Shown here piece by piece: positions 1-14,057 of a stretch of DNA of 64,000 nucleotides. Made by a program: the position numbers and the translations under genes. The DNA comes from Octopus sinensis (taxonomy: Eukaryota), in assembly GCF_006345805.1 (NCBI RefSeq), contig NC_043003.1, positions 54,870,001 through 54,934,000 on the forward strand, read 5' to 3'. Position 1 is the first letter of the stretch. Each line of letters opens with the position of its first letter. The notes under the pieces are model-generated. The model saw only the letters and a list, made by a program, of their open reading frames with translations, searched no databases and was not told the origin of the DNA.

Positions 1-276
1 TGGCATTATAATTTTTTCTTTTCCCTTTGTTTATAAGTTGTTTATAAATTTAATCTTTAAAAGTATTTTTTATATGCTGGCCATTGATAGAATTTCTTTC
101 GAAAAATGTTGTCCTATATTACATGTAAATTAATATATATATATATATATATACATATATACATATATAATATATATATATATATATTACATATATATTA
201 TATATATATATACATATATATATATATAAATATATATATATATTACATATATATAATATATATATACATATTAATA

Positions 277-307
<31 letters not shown>

Positions 308-329
308 TATACATATATATATATATATA

Positions 330-1838
330 CTTTGATACTTGATACTTTGATAGGTTTCGGCCATTATTGGCCCAGGCCATGTCTAACTTAATAGCACCAC
401 CTGGTGAAGTCTTTCAAGTCAGAATTTGGGCACTATGGCCCACTCAAGTAGAGAGTTATTGTTTACAGAGACATATCCAGGTGTAGGGGGTTTATCCGGG
501 ATTTCTTGAAGGAATCTGTCCAAAGACTTCTTGAACCCTATAGGGTCAGTTTCTGTTTTAATGTGTTTTGTGTAATGTTAAAGAGAGCGGGGCCAATTGA
601 GGTGAAATAATTGTGCCGTATTGTTGTTATGAGATGAGAGTGCGATTTTTGTTTGGGCGGATGGCACGGGGCCCAAGCCTTGGATGTACCTTAAAGGTGA
701 TGCCACATCATTTGGGCAATGCTGATGGAATATTTTCCACATCATGCAGATGATGTAGCGCTCACGACGACGTTGGAGAGAATAGAGTTTTAGCTTTTCT
801 AGCCGACCCCAATAGTCGAGGCCTGTCATGCCATCTATCTTTTTTGTGATTGCCCTTTGAGGTGCTTCAACTTTTATGATACCTTGTATTGTGTGGGGAG
901 ACCACAGTGGACAACAGTATTCAAGGTGGGGTCGGGCAAAAGTGGAGAAGAGAAGGATAATGGTGTGGATATCTCTCGACTGGAAAGTTCTGAGAATCCA
1001 GGAACACATTCTGCGGGCCATGTCAACTTTGGTGTTTATATGAGTGGCCCAGCTTACGTTGTTGTCCACAATTACTCCCAAGTCTCTGATGTTGTTGGAC
1101 GCCGCGAGAGTTTCACCTGAAGGAAGGGAGTATGGGAGTTTCAGGGCATCCTCTTTTCCAAAGTGGATTAGCTCAAATTTATCCTCGTTCAGCAGCATAT
1201 TGTTTTTTTCTGCCCATTGGATAACAGCCAGTAGATCTGACTGAAGGCATGTCCGGTCATCGCCTCATTTATGACCTTCTGTAGCTTGGAGTCATCTGCA
1301 AAGATTTTTATGTTGCTGTGCTTGATGATGTCATAATGTCATTAATGTAAATGATGAAAAGAAGTGGGCCCAGCACAGTGCCTTGCGGAACGCCACTACT
1401 GACTTTGGCTGGGCTTGATTTTACACCCTTCAACTACAACATGTTGAGATCTGTCTGTCAGGAAACACTCAATCCATTTCAGTAACTTTCCAGAGACACC
1501 AATGTTGGATAGTTTTTTCAATAGGATCTTGTGATCGACCCTGTCGAAGGCCCTACTGAAATCAAGGTAGATGACATCGGTGTTGGAGCCCTCTCCCAAA
1601 GCTCTCAAAATGTCCTCAAAGTGATGCAGGAGCTGCGTTAGGCAGTCCCTTCCATTACGGAACCCATGTTGGTTGGAGATCAGCCGTCTGTTGCTTTCCA
1701 GAAATTGGGTTATTCGAGATCTCACCACCCTCTCAAATACCTTGATGATATGAGAGGTGAGTGAGATCGGGCGGTAATTCACTGCAAGGGACTTGTTTCC
1801 CTTTTTGAAAACTGGGACAACAGACTGGGACAGAAGGT
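330..1838 (-). mobile_element. 5'-truncated CR1/L2-group LINE (RT + 3'UTR), frameshifted, embedded in (TA)n
   Basis: Minus-strand ORFs 1396-1896 ([24 protein letters not shown]) and 578-1198 (RPHLEYC, SLQRRRERY). GVPQG at ~1381-1394 and FADD at 1291-1302. Short-repeat tail (AAGTATC)n at ~330-352. (TA)n on both sides. Confidence 0.93.
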
Positions 1839-2890
<1,052 letters not shown>

Positions 2891-3204
2891 AGTCTCGGCC
2901 AAATCGTTTGGAACATGTTTTAAAAACTAAAATTCTATACCCAAGTGCAATTCGATTCAAATGTATGCAACATCGCGATTTACTTATCTGATAAATGATC
3001 CAATAATTCATTTAGAAAATATTGAACCATTGGATTAGTTATTAGTAAAATATATGTATACATTGTATATATACACGTGTGTGTGTTTGTGAATGTGTTT
3101 AATATATATGCTTATGAGTGTAAGCATTTGTGTATGTGTGTGTATGGGTCATTTTGTTAAAAGGAAGAGAAAATGTTTCCTTCTCGAGCTATATCAAGTA
3201 CATA

Positions 3205-3422
3205 AGAGCCGGTTTCCCAGTTTCAGTGGCGTATGTATTCTCCATTTGGATGGGACGCCGATCCGTCGCAGGATTATTCATTTTTGCCGGCTGAGTGGAC
3301 TGGAGTAACACGAAATGAAGTGCTTTGCTCAGGAATGCAACGCATCACTCGGTTCAGGATTCGAAAGCACAGTCGTACGGTCATGATTCCAACACCATAA
3401 CGACTAAGCCACGCGCATCCAC
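3205..3422 (-). mobile_element. tRNA-derived SINE (family C)
   Basis: Minus strand begins GCGCGTGGCTTAGTCGTTATGGTG...TTCGAATCC (A/B-box-like). Related copies at ~53470-53700 (+) and ~53930-54158 (-). Confidence 0.75.
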
Positions 3423-4002
3423 ATTGTTTTGTTAATAGAATGTATATTGCTTGAAAACAAATGTAAAGAATTATTGGAAATTGCTCAAAACGAAGTAAAA
3501 ATCCCTGTACTACATGTATTTCCGTCGCGTTTTAGTGTTTGTGAGATATCATTAACATCAACACGTTCGTTTTATTAAACTAATTGCTTTTCTGCTATAA
3601 TTTGCTTTTAAAATCTAGTCCCTTACAATTTGATTTATTCAGTACCAGCTTTCACACTAATTTCAGCAGAAAAAAGTAAGAAACAATAGCAAAAAATGTA
3701 AAATTGATAGGAAATAAATTCAAATAAATAAGATTCAATTCGCAGAAAGGGAAAATCAGAAGTGTATGAAATCTATTTCTCTAGAATATTCAGAGCCACC
3801 GGGAAAATTTCTTGCAGTTAGCGAGACAAATGTTCTGGATTCAAATTACTCCAAGGCCAAAATTTATTTTCCTTCGTCCGAAATAAATAAAAAAGCAATA
3901 CTGGGGAGGTGCGGACTAACGTATGCGACTAACACTATTATCCTTTTAATCGATGCCCATGTATTTACATTAGAAATAATATATCTTGCATACGCCTATA
4001 AA

Positions 4003-4104
<102 letters not shown>

Positions 4105-4159
4105 ATGTATATATGTGCATATATACATATACACATCTATATGTATATACATGTATATA

Positions 4160-4207
<48 letters not shown>

Positions 4208-4319
4208 GTATATACTATATATATATACACATATGTATATACATATATATATATATGTTGTGTGTGTGTTGTTTACATATATATATATGTATATATATAT
4301 ATACAAACACATTATATTG

Positions 4320-5065
4320 CATTACAGGAAAAAAGATAGCAAAAACCAAGGCAGGGCGAGTATCTCATGTCATTTACAATATTTAATAGGCTAAGGTGAA
4401 TTTGGGGTCTTACAGCAGTTTGTGGGAAATTCCATGTGATAGGCTAGTAATTAATGTAATATTTAATTTAATATTAATTTAACAATTAATAATTAATCAT
4501 TACTTACCTTATATCCCTAATGATAATTCACTCCCTGATAGTAAACTGCAGTTTTTTCTGCGGTACTGCTTGTGACGCACGTGGTGAACCTGAGGATGGA
4601 TACGGAATAACTCGTCTATATAAATTCGGAAATGCTATTTCTCCTATGTTATGTTCGATTTCGCCTGATCGAGCGTACAATGGGTTTGTTAGCATTTTCA
4701 GATTTATAACGTGAATATCATGCTGAAGAAGGAAATGAATTTTACACCATTCTAATCCCGAAATGCGTACATGATTAACTAAGGGCTGGTTAGTTTCGTT
4801 ATTTTTTCCTCTTTTTGCCTATTTTAGTTACGAGTATTACCGTCTGTGGAGATATATTGTAGTAGAAAAATTAGTAGTTTGACTGCTATTTCTAAATTTC
4901 GGTATGTGGTGAAGCAACTTTTGCCGATCCCTTAATTATGTTTGTAATTATAAAAGAACTTTTTTACCGATAATGTTTTTACCTATAATGGTTTTTTTCT
5001 CCATACTGAACTACTTGGTAAAATTATTAATTATTAAATGAATAATTATTTACCCTATATCTATA
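4320..5065 (+). mobile_element. Non-coding hammerhead-bearing element (Penelope-like pLTR type), family D
   Basis: Flanked by (TA)n, contains a hammerhead. Shares blocks with 47340-48035 (e.g. GCTATTTCTAAAyTTCGGTATGTGGTrAAGCAA). Confidence 0.7.
4717..4775 (+). ncRNA. Type I hammerhead ribozyme motif
   Basis: ATCATG-CTGAAGA(4723-29)-AGGA..TCCC-GAAA(4760-63)-TGC-GTA(4767-69)-CATGAT. Perfect 6-bp stem I; stem III probably a CpG-decayed CGCG. Confidence 0.8.
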
Positions 5066-5071
5066 AAAAAG

Positions 5072-5104
<33 letters not shown>

Positions 5105-6106
5105 TATACATGCAGATACACATGCATGCACTCGCACACATTCTCTCTCTCTCTCTCTCTCTCTCTCTGGAGTACATATATGTAGTCACGGTACTGGCTG
5201 CGCCTCCAAAATGGATGGGATTGAGACTGATAAGACATATGATTAGCTTGTCTTCATTGTGTAATACATTGGGCGTGGTAATTAGTACGCGTCTGTTTTG
5301 TATACTTTAGGCCAGCGAATTTTTGGAGCGGTTTATACAATAATGAAGAGTATTATCATCTGCGAAGAAAATAATTTATCTCCAGAAAGAAGTATATGTA
5401 GTCAAATTGAAAATTGAGAAACGCCGGATTTGATACAACGTAGTGCATACAAGAATATGGAATCTGACAGGAAACATGCAATCCAAGATACAAGAGACAA
5501 ATGGAATCCAGATCGAGCAGTTTTGATAAACCATTTGCATGCCAGAGACAGTCGACTCTTTGCTGATAATGAGATACTCAGTGTTGTTATGAAGATATGG
5601 ATCAACTGTGAAGCACATTTTGGAGATTATCTTCAGTGGATTGATCTAGCTTTATGAAAGCTGTGCTGGTGGTTGTTAATAGCAGATATCAAGTTGTTGG
5701 AAAAACATTGTATCTGAAGTTTGTTTCCGTCTTTTGATATTAATTTCTATTGGATTGTGTCTAAAGACCAGTGTAGATCAGAATATAGGTATAGGTTAGG
5801 CGACAATAGAGATTATCTCTGAGGCCCTTTTCATGTTAATAGGAGATACAATGGTTGGGATATCTAGACTGGTTAACGTCACCAGGATTACGTTTGCAGT
5901 TCATATGTGTGTTGTCAATTTGATAAAGATGATGGATTTGAAGGTAGCAAGTAAAAATGCAATGTGTCAAGCGTATGCAGTGAGGTAATGTATAGACGGT
6001 TGTAAGCAAAGCTGCGAGTTTTATTTGCTGTATGGACATTGCTCCTGATTACGTCATTATTGAGAAATATAGTATACAATATTTTTGGCATATTAGTGGT
6101 AATACC

Positions 6107-6276
6107 AGTTGGAAGCTGTTGGCGCAGGAGAATGTGATCGATGGGCCACAGCTTCTGTTACAGTGTGGATAGAGCCCATGTAAGTATTACACTAAATAAC
6201 ATGCATTTTGTGAACCGAGTTACTTCTATATATAGATATACACATACATGCATAAATACACACATACAAATACAGA
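6107..6276 (+). repeat. ~165-bp direct duplication (second copy 8046-8204) with exon-like segment ending in GTAAGT
   Basis: CAGTTGGAAGCT...GAGCCCAT|GTAAGTATTAC...CAAATACAGA present twice; the second copy lacks about 11 nt. Confidence 0.85.
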
Positions 6277-6553
6277 CGTACGTATAAACACACCGAGATC
6301 TATTATATTAGAAGTTTATTACAGGCAAAACTAAGAAACGACGAGGATCAGAAGCCATATAGAATAAGTAAATTAGAATAAGGTTCAAATTCAGACTTCA
6401 AATTAACCTAACATATTTTATACCCTCTACAATGTAACCCTAATTCGAATCCCTAGATCTAGCCTCATCCGTGGACTTGCAACACAACGGACGACCAAAT
6501 ATAACACTTGTTCAGCGTTCCTATTCGTTTAGATCACAAATGAACTAAACTGC

Positions 6554-6618
<65 letters not shown>

Positions 6619-6828
6619 ATATATATATATATATATATATAGATGAGTGTATTTTACCTTGTTAACAATTAACACGGATAAATGAATGAATAGTTACCAG
6701 GGCAGCAAAATCTCACAAGTAAAGATGTTGTAACTCCTTGTTTATAAAGGTTGAAACTTCGTGTTTACATTGAATATTTGAATAATATGAATAAAAAATG
6801 GAGTTAACGCAGGTTTAAACAAGTATTT

Positions 6829-6920
6829 TTACTTTCTACATATGTTTCGAAAATTCCACTGATACTTATTCAAAAGAATAAAAGGTATAAACAATGCAAT
6901 CTTCTCTTCGGGAAAGTGAA
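6829..6920 (-). ncRNA. Type I hammerhead motif, core point-mutated (CCGAAGA)
   Basis: Minus strand: CACTTTC-CCGAAGA-GAAGATT...AATTTTC-GAAA-CATATG-TA-GAAAGT. Palindromic minimal stem III. Confidence 0.75.
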
Positions 6921-7250
6921 AAAACGAAACTTGTCAATACGACATTTTAGCAAAAAATGATGGATTCGTATAGCGATAGACAGAACGCTATTAATATTGT
7001 TTAAAAAACGTTATATGATATAACGTCATAAGTAGCTAACATAAAGAGTAGGGATATTAATAGTGAATGTTAAATATAAAGGAAATTAAAGTCTAAACTA
7101 TATATAATGATATAATATAACTCTTTCTGTTAGCTACTTATGACGTTATATCATATAACGTTTTTTTAAACAATATTAATAGCGTTCTGTCTATCGCTAT
7201 ACGAATCCATCATTTTTTGCTAAAATGTCGTATTGACAAGTTTCGTTTTT

Positions 7251-7340
7251 TCACTTTACGGAGAGAAGATTGCATTGTTTATACCTTTTATTCTTTTGAA
7301 TAAGTATCAGTGGAATTTTCGAAACATATGTAGAAAGTGA
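7251..7340 (+). ncRNA. Type I hammerhead motif, degenerate core
   Basis: TCACTTT-ACGGAGA-GAAGATT...AATTTTC-GAAA(7321-24)-CATATG-TA-GAAAGTGA; mirror image of 6829-6920. Confidence 0.65.
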
Positions 7341-7377
7341 AGATACTTGTTTAAACCTGCGTTAACTCCATTTTTTA

Positions 7378-7417
<40 letters not shown>

Positions 7418-7513
7418 ATAAACTTACTGGGAAATGGATGACTGGTGTTCAATCAAATAATAATATAAATAATATATATATACAAACACACATATATATA
7501 TGCACACATTTAT

Positions 7514-7571
<58 letters not shown>

Positions 7572-7671
7572 CGGGAAAGTTTACGAAAATAAACAAAAGA
7601 CGAAGGCAGGTGGAGTACAAACAAACAAATGTATTAGGATACATATATGTATGCGTGTATATATTATGTGT

Positions 7672-7800
7672 GTTTGTGTGTCTGTGTTTGTACAACCACC
7701 ATTGCTTGATAAGCAATGTTGGTGTTTTTACGTCCCCCTAACTTAGCCGTTCGCCCAAAACACCGATAGAATAAGTACTAGGCTTAAAAAGAATAAGTCC
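7672..7800 (+). mobile_element. Partial tRNA-SINE family A (3' body)
   Basis: Matches the reverse complement of 13605-13735 (CCGATAGAATAAGTACTAGGCTT..AAGAATAAGTCC). Confidence 0.8.
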
Positions 7801-9145
7801 ATACAAATAAGCTAAACGAAGACAAACAAGGAGGGTGATTAGACCAGAATGAATGTAAAATAGTGAAAGCTGGAGAAATGTTTTCTTCGAGAAGAGAAAA
7901 GAGAGAAGAGGACAACTGATGAAGGATCTTTCTTTATGTTACTTGCCATGTTTTCCATTTGTTTCTCTCGTCGTTTGCGTATTCGACTCATTTGTTTTCG
8001 TATTTCATGTTGTTTAGTGTTGGTGACATCCTGTACCCATATATGCAGTTGGAAGCTTTTGGGGCAGGAGAATGTGATCGATGGGTCACAGTGTGGATAG
8101 AGCTCATGTAAGTATTACACTAAATAACATGCATTTTGTGAACCGAGTTACTTCTACATATAGATATATACATACATGCATAAATACACACATACAAATA
8201 CAGAGTTCATCACAGAACCTCGCAAAGCTAAGTATATATTTATATTTAAGATCTTTAAATTTTAATATTTTATAAGTCCTATGGTGTAATAATATTGTTT
8301 TTTATGTAAATATCATTGTTTATGTAATGATTTAATTATCGTAATTTTCTATATAATTATTAGATATTAACTTTAAGTTTATTCGTAAGAATTTACTTAG
8401 CGATAGATATGTTGTTTGATAGCAAGTATACGAGTTGTTTAAAGTTAGGTTTATGTATATACATGTATTAATAGCATTAATTGTAGTTTTAAATTTCTTA
8501 TAATTATTATTTTAACTTATATATTGTCTTTTTAAATTGATATTTGCTAGTTTTATTATTCCCATTGATAAATGTATTTATAGTATTTATTTGATACTAT
8601 ATAACTACGAATTGATTATTTCTTTAAGTATTTTAAATATAAGATTTCTGAAAGTTATTATTTAGCCAACGAGATATAAAGATAGTTAATTTGCTATAGC
8701 GTCCGTTTAAGATTGTTTGTTTGTATTTTTGAATTTAGCTATTTCATCTTTAAATATGAAAAATTAATTTATTAGGTCTTTATTATATGTGCATTTATAT
8801 TTATTTATAGAGATTATTTTAGATCTTAATTATAATATTTATATACATTTATATATTATTTAAATTTTATATTTTTAATAATATAATAGGTTTTATTTTG
8901 TAAAATATTTATGCAATTAGATATTGACTATTACTGATATTAGATTATTGGTGGGTTTCTTATCTTAAAAATTAATACTTAAAAATTAAAATTAATATTT
9001 AACTTTATAATCAATATTTTGATATAATCATAATCATTAAGTTTCTAGTTTGATAATAGAGTTTTTTATAAGTAAAATTATTATATTATTTATTTCCTTA
9101 AAATATTGTTTAAATATTTCTGATTATTTATTAAAATATTACAAT

Positions 9146-9242
9146 TAACCTGAAAATTGACTGTTACCAGAATTCGAATTATGAATTGAATTTAAATTAT
9201 TGTTATTCGAATTGGTTACGGGCATGAAACGATCGTAGTGTT
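9146..9242 (+). ncRNA. Degenerate type I hammerhead motif in very AT-rich decayed element (8206-9540)
   Basis: CTGAAAA(9150-56), long stem II (TGACTGTTACCA..AATTCGAAT / ATTCGAATT GGTTACGGGCA), GAAA(9226-29)-CGATCG-TA. Stem I weak. Confidence 0.55.
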
Positions 9243-10321
9243 TTTACTCTTTATCTTATATTAAACTTTTAATACTTTTTGATAGTTATATAATAAAAAA
9301 AATAAATAAAATAAAATAATAATAATAAATAAATAAATATATATATATATATTTAAAATTTATAAGTTTAAATTATTTAAATAATTTTAAAAATTTCAAC
9401 TTTAATTTAAATATTTTAATTTGGAATTTTATATTTTTTATATTTTATGTTTTATATTTTTATTTTTAATTAATTTATTTCTATGTATTGGTTTATGATT
9501 TTCACTGTTTGATTTGCCTAATAGTGGTTTCACCTATATTTAATATATATATATATATATATATATATCTGTGTGTGTGTGTATGTATGCATATATATAT
9601 GTATATTTATGTTTTTTGCCTGTATATATACATTTTTGTGTGAGAAAGAATGCGTGAGAGTGCAAGAGATCGAGATGAAGATGGAGAAAGAGAAAGAGAG
9701 AAAGAGAGAGAGTGTATATATGTGTGAGTGTATGTATGAGTGTGTGTGTGTGTATGTGTGTGTGTGTGTGTGTGTGCCTGTGTATGTGCGCGTGTGTGTT
9801 GATGGACTGTAGTTAACGGCTCAAGATGATATCACATACTAAATCATCCACTTACATTTCAGATGCTAATTGCGAAAATTACTTTAGCTGAATCATTTAA
9901 AAATTCACCCTTATTATTACGTAGTAAGAAATACAGTTTAAAAACCAATACTAGTTTCTATTTTTTATTACGCTTGTTATTCTTTTTTATTACGCATGTA
10001 TATTCTTGAGAATATATACAAGACTTAGTTATCGGCAAATTTTAAATGTTTTAAGATTTGCCTATGCAAAATGTATTAATTAAGAAGGTGGTGAAAGTTC
10101 AGTGGCATAACGAAACCATTAATGATAAAGCTTGAGGGTCTTTCTTCATGGTAATGAAAGATATAGCAAATAGTGCAATCATGTGTAAAAAGTGCAGGAG
10201 ACTTTGTAATAGTTTCATTATGATATACATATGTACATCTCGCTAACCTATGTTTAATATTCGAGTTGCAGATGTTTGCTTATGAGATGGTAATGTGTTC
10301 GACTGCAGTTTCATCTATATG

Positions 10322-10557
10322 TTTCCTATTTCTTTATTGCCCTCAAGGGGCTAAACACAGTGGGGACAAACAAGGACATACACAGGGATTAAGTCGATTA
10401 GATCGACCCCCGTGCGTAACTGGTACTTAATTTATAGACCCCGAAAGGATGAAAGGCAAAGTCGACCTCGGTGTAATTTGAACTCTGAACGTAACGGCAG
10501 ATGAAATATGTCTACGCATTTCGCCGGGCGTGCTAACGATCCTGCCAGCTCACCGGC
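10322..10557 (-). mobile_element. tRNA-derived SINE family B; further copies ~13262-13400, 24788-24920(+), 44735-44932, 45650-45842, 51712-51905(+), 60010-60730 (several), 62992-63205(+), 63230-63435(+)
   Basis: Recurrent GAAAGGATGAAAGGCAAAGTCGACCTCGG..ATTTGAACTC...CGTGCTAACGATyCTGCCAGCTC block. Confidence 0.85.
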
Positions 10558-12329
10558 CATATAGATGACACTGGCTTGCCGCCAGTTTCATCTATGTGTT
10601 TCCGTAATGGCTAAGAAGACGTAATGTCTAAGAAAAAATGCCGAAAATTTCACGTCGCTAAAGCCTTGATTTGTTTACCTTCACATTTTTCCATCATGAA
10701 GGTGGCTGACAGGAAATGCGTTTTCAAATATATACATGCATAATAAGTTCTTATCAACAGACATTGAGAATCGAACAACTAATTCACATAACATTAATTG
10801 TAATAATAATAATAATAATAATGATGATGATGATGATGACGACGACGACGACGATGACGATGATGATGATGATGATAATGATGATAAAATGTTTCTATTT
10901 TTGATGTTTTTCGGGACTTGAGTTACTTGAGTTGCAGCGATGCTAATGTTCTGCTAGGTAAAATATTTGTTATTACTTTTTAGGAAAATAATCCGCCATA
11001 GAATGCTAATATGGAATTTTCACCGTCCGCGTTGCCAGATTTGGAATGTTTCAGAGATTAAACATATTTCAGATAGCACCAACGCGCCCTGTTTCAATCT
11101 TCATTTGACTCAGAACTGCAGCTCCTTTAAAGAGACAAGTTTTTGAAAAATGACTCTGACAAACAGTGACCACGCCGGTTTACAATCAAGAAATCACATC
11201 AGTTGTATGTCTGCGCATCGTTAGTCACAGCATGTTCGATACTCAGCGTAAAGTATAAAAGGAGTAGCTGAATCTATTGACCAGTGGAACGTGTCCCTTC
11301 ATCTAAAAGCAAAAGAGTAAATTCTCTCGTCTAATAATATCTGATCTGGGTCACTCTACAGCGGATAGGCAGTAATACACAAGAGATACAATGTAATGTT
11401 CACTGCCTCTGTCTTTTTAAGAATAGATTTCTATCAGTCACTTTTTAGGTGAAACTGTTTACTTTGCCCACTAGTTGACCTCGATTCCTCTCTAACTGAA
11501 AATATATCATGTCATTGCACTTCAAAAATTCCGTAGTAATTAGTGGAACATTTGAATGACCATAACCTGAATTGTGTAGTACATCAGTCTCGCACTCCTG
11601 TTTCCTTAAATTCCGCCCGGGACTGAGTTCGAATTTCCAGTAACCTTCTTTACTTGCCTTCTTAAAAATGAATATTTGAACCTTTTGAATCTTGTACTAA
11701 CTGCAAAGAATATCAAAACCACTTAACGAATGCTTGTATATCAAATAGTATATAGCTGCTACTGTAAGAATTCTAACTCCAATTGCTTGAAAATGTTAAT
11801 AATAGAACACACTTTCCGGCTATTGGCATTATGCGAGTAACCTTCGAAGTGAGAGATCACAATTTGAGTCTTTTTAGGAAGCTGTAGTTGCGGCAACTGA
11901 TATAGTACAGTTGATTATAATTGTACATGTGCAAACGTCAAGGATTGCGATACAAGAACCCCTACTTGCTTCAACAACATTATCAAGCCTGTCTTTTGTA
12001 TCTTTAATCATTTAAACCAATTGTTGCTGACAAGTGGTTTCGAATTATCCTTCCTCCTACAAAAACAACGAACAATACCTTCGCGGCGTAATTATGGACA
12101 GTAGGGCATTTAATGGGGAATCTAAACAAGGACATATTGTCTTAATCAAAAGTGGATTGGAGAACTGTCAACTTGATTCTAATGCTTTAATAGTGTAAGT
12201 TTTTTTCATACACCAACAAATTATATTTGCGCATTTCTGAAGTTTATATAACACGATCAGGATGGTTTACAAAATACATTAACTACACAGGCACACATAT
12301 AGGTATGTTTGTGAATACGCATGGAATTA

Positions 12330-13002
12330 AACAACAGAGAGATTAAAGAAACACTGAAATGCATCGCATTGAAATTTAGGAATTCTTCGTGTATTTTGGT
12401 GACTGCGCAAATAGTATATGCACAAGTACTTCAGTGAATTTGAAGATCAAGGGAATCTATTTCAGGACGTAAACTGTGTTCCCATCATTGAGTTAGATGA
12501 TCAAAAATAGTCTCACAAATTGACATGTTTAGTTGCTATCTCTAACAAAATAAATGATGTATGTTTGAGATTGAAAAGACTAAATCACATCAAGTTATTA
12601 CTTCTTTTCTTACCAATAAAAAGTATTTTTGAAATGCACAGCAATTCCATGTATCTCAAATGTAAAAAAAAAGTGCTTGATGGGTTTTGAAAACCTGAAA
12701 TAACAGCAACCTGGATCAATGGTGTGACATGATGCATGGAACTTTTAATATATTTGGATAAATTTTAAAATAGATTTCTGTATTATATATAAATCATAAG
12801 CTCTCACTCCGAATATGTGATATTTCTTTTGATGTGGTGCACTTTATACCACGCAATATGAGTTAATTCGCTTACAAAGAATACCTATTTGGTATTCAAA
12901 TTGAATAGAGTATCTATTTTAAGATTTTGCTCATCCCACGTATATATTGAAATATAAACACTACTTAGGAATCATGCATTGAAAATTGTATCGCTGTTTT
13001 CC
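12330..13002 (+). pseudogene. Highly decayed hAT (Charlie/SPIN-like) transposase remnant
   Basis: Fragmentary translations such as LVAISNKINDVCLRL and LRNHALKIVSLF resemble hAT C-terminal regions; many stops. Confidence 0.4.
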
Positions 13003-13530
13003 ATTACGTACCGATATGAGCTAACCACCCACTATTAGATTTAGACTGGATCCAAATGAACAAAAGACATGCGGATAATAACGCTGAATCATCATTTTCG
13101 CACGACCTCAGTGAGTATTTCCATTGCAATGCAGAATCAATTACCGCGTTAAGATGCAAAGTAGGGTATTTAATTAAATTTAAAGGACTATTCACTGTGA
13201 CGTCAATGATGATTCCGTATTGAAACCATTATAATTATCTAGTTAATTAATGCGTAATTGTGGTTTCAAATTTTGGTACAAAGTCAGGGATTCCGTGGAG
13301 TGGATCAAGATAAAGTTGACCTCAATAGAATTCGAATTCAAAGTACAAAGACGGAGGAAATGCTACTATGCACTTTTCCAGGCGTGCTAAGGATTCCGCA
13401 AGAGAGCTGTTTACTTAATGCGTAATATCATTATTACTTTAAAGTATCTCGTGCATGTATACGATTTTCGAAACTTCGAAGTAAATTTCTTTCTTCGGCA
13501 CCTATATGTTCCTGTAGATTCTTACGCGTC

Positions 13531-13905
13531 TCTCTTTTACTTGTTTCAGTCATTTGACTGCGGCCATGCTGGAGCACCGCCTTTAGTCGAGCAAATCGAC
13601 CTCAGGACTTATTCTTTGTAAGTCTAGTACTCATTCTATCGGTCTCTTTTGCCGAACCGCTAAGTTACGGGGACATAAACACACCAGCATCGGTTGTCAA
13701 GCGAAGTTGGGGGGACAAACGCAGACACACAAACACACACATATATATACATATACATATATACGACGGGCTTCTTTCAGTTTCCGTCTACTAAATCCAT
13801 TCACAAGGCTTTAGTCGGCCCGAGGTTATAGTAGAAGAAACTTGCCCAAAGTGCCACGCAGTGGGACTGAACCCGGAACCATGTGGTTGGTAAGCAAGCT
13901 ACTTA
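13531..13905 (-). mobile_element. tRNA-derived SINE family A; copies 44261-44712, 56464-56602, 58021-58450
   Basis: Minus strand head GTAGCTTGCTTACCAACCACATGGTTCCGGGTTCAGTCCCACTGCGTGGCAC (B-box GGTTCAGTCC), internal (CA/TA)n, tail GAAACAAGTAAAAGA. Confidence 0.92.
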
Positions 13906-13994
13906 AGCATACTAGGCTCACTTTTATGTTGTTCACTTTTTTATATGACTATATTTTGAGAGCAGGTCTATCACTGGCTACTAACGTGTGTATA

Positions 13995-14057
<63 letters not shown>

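Larger units (their letters stand above)
6641..7380. mobile_element. Fold-back element (arms ~6786-7049 / ~7119-7384) in (TA)n, with a hammerhead in each arm (family A)
   Basis: ~260-bp near-perfect inverted repeat with a ~70-bp spacer; (TA)n on both sides. Confidence 0.9.

Noticed and set aside
5340-6100. Possible Penelope GIY-YIG remnant on the minus strand
   Set aside because: Only a faint NLYC..IYTG resemblance amid stops; not supportable without a profile search.
8206-9540. Mitochondrial rRNA NUMT
   Set aside because: Only the composition fits; no conserved 12S/16S or mitochondrial protein motif was recognised.
13850-13905. tRNA gene
   Set aside because: It is the tRNA-derived head of a SINE, with no complete cloverleaf.
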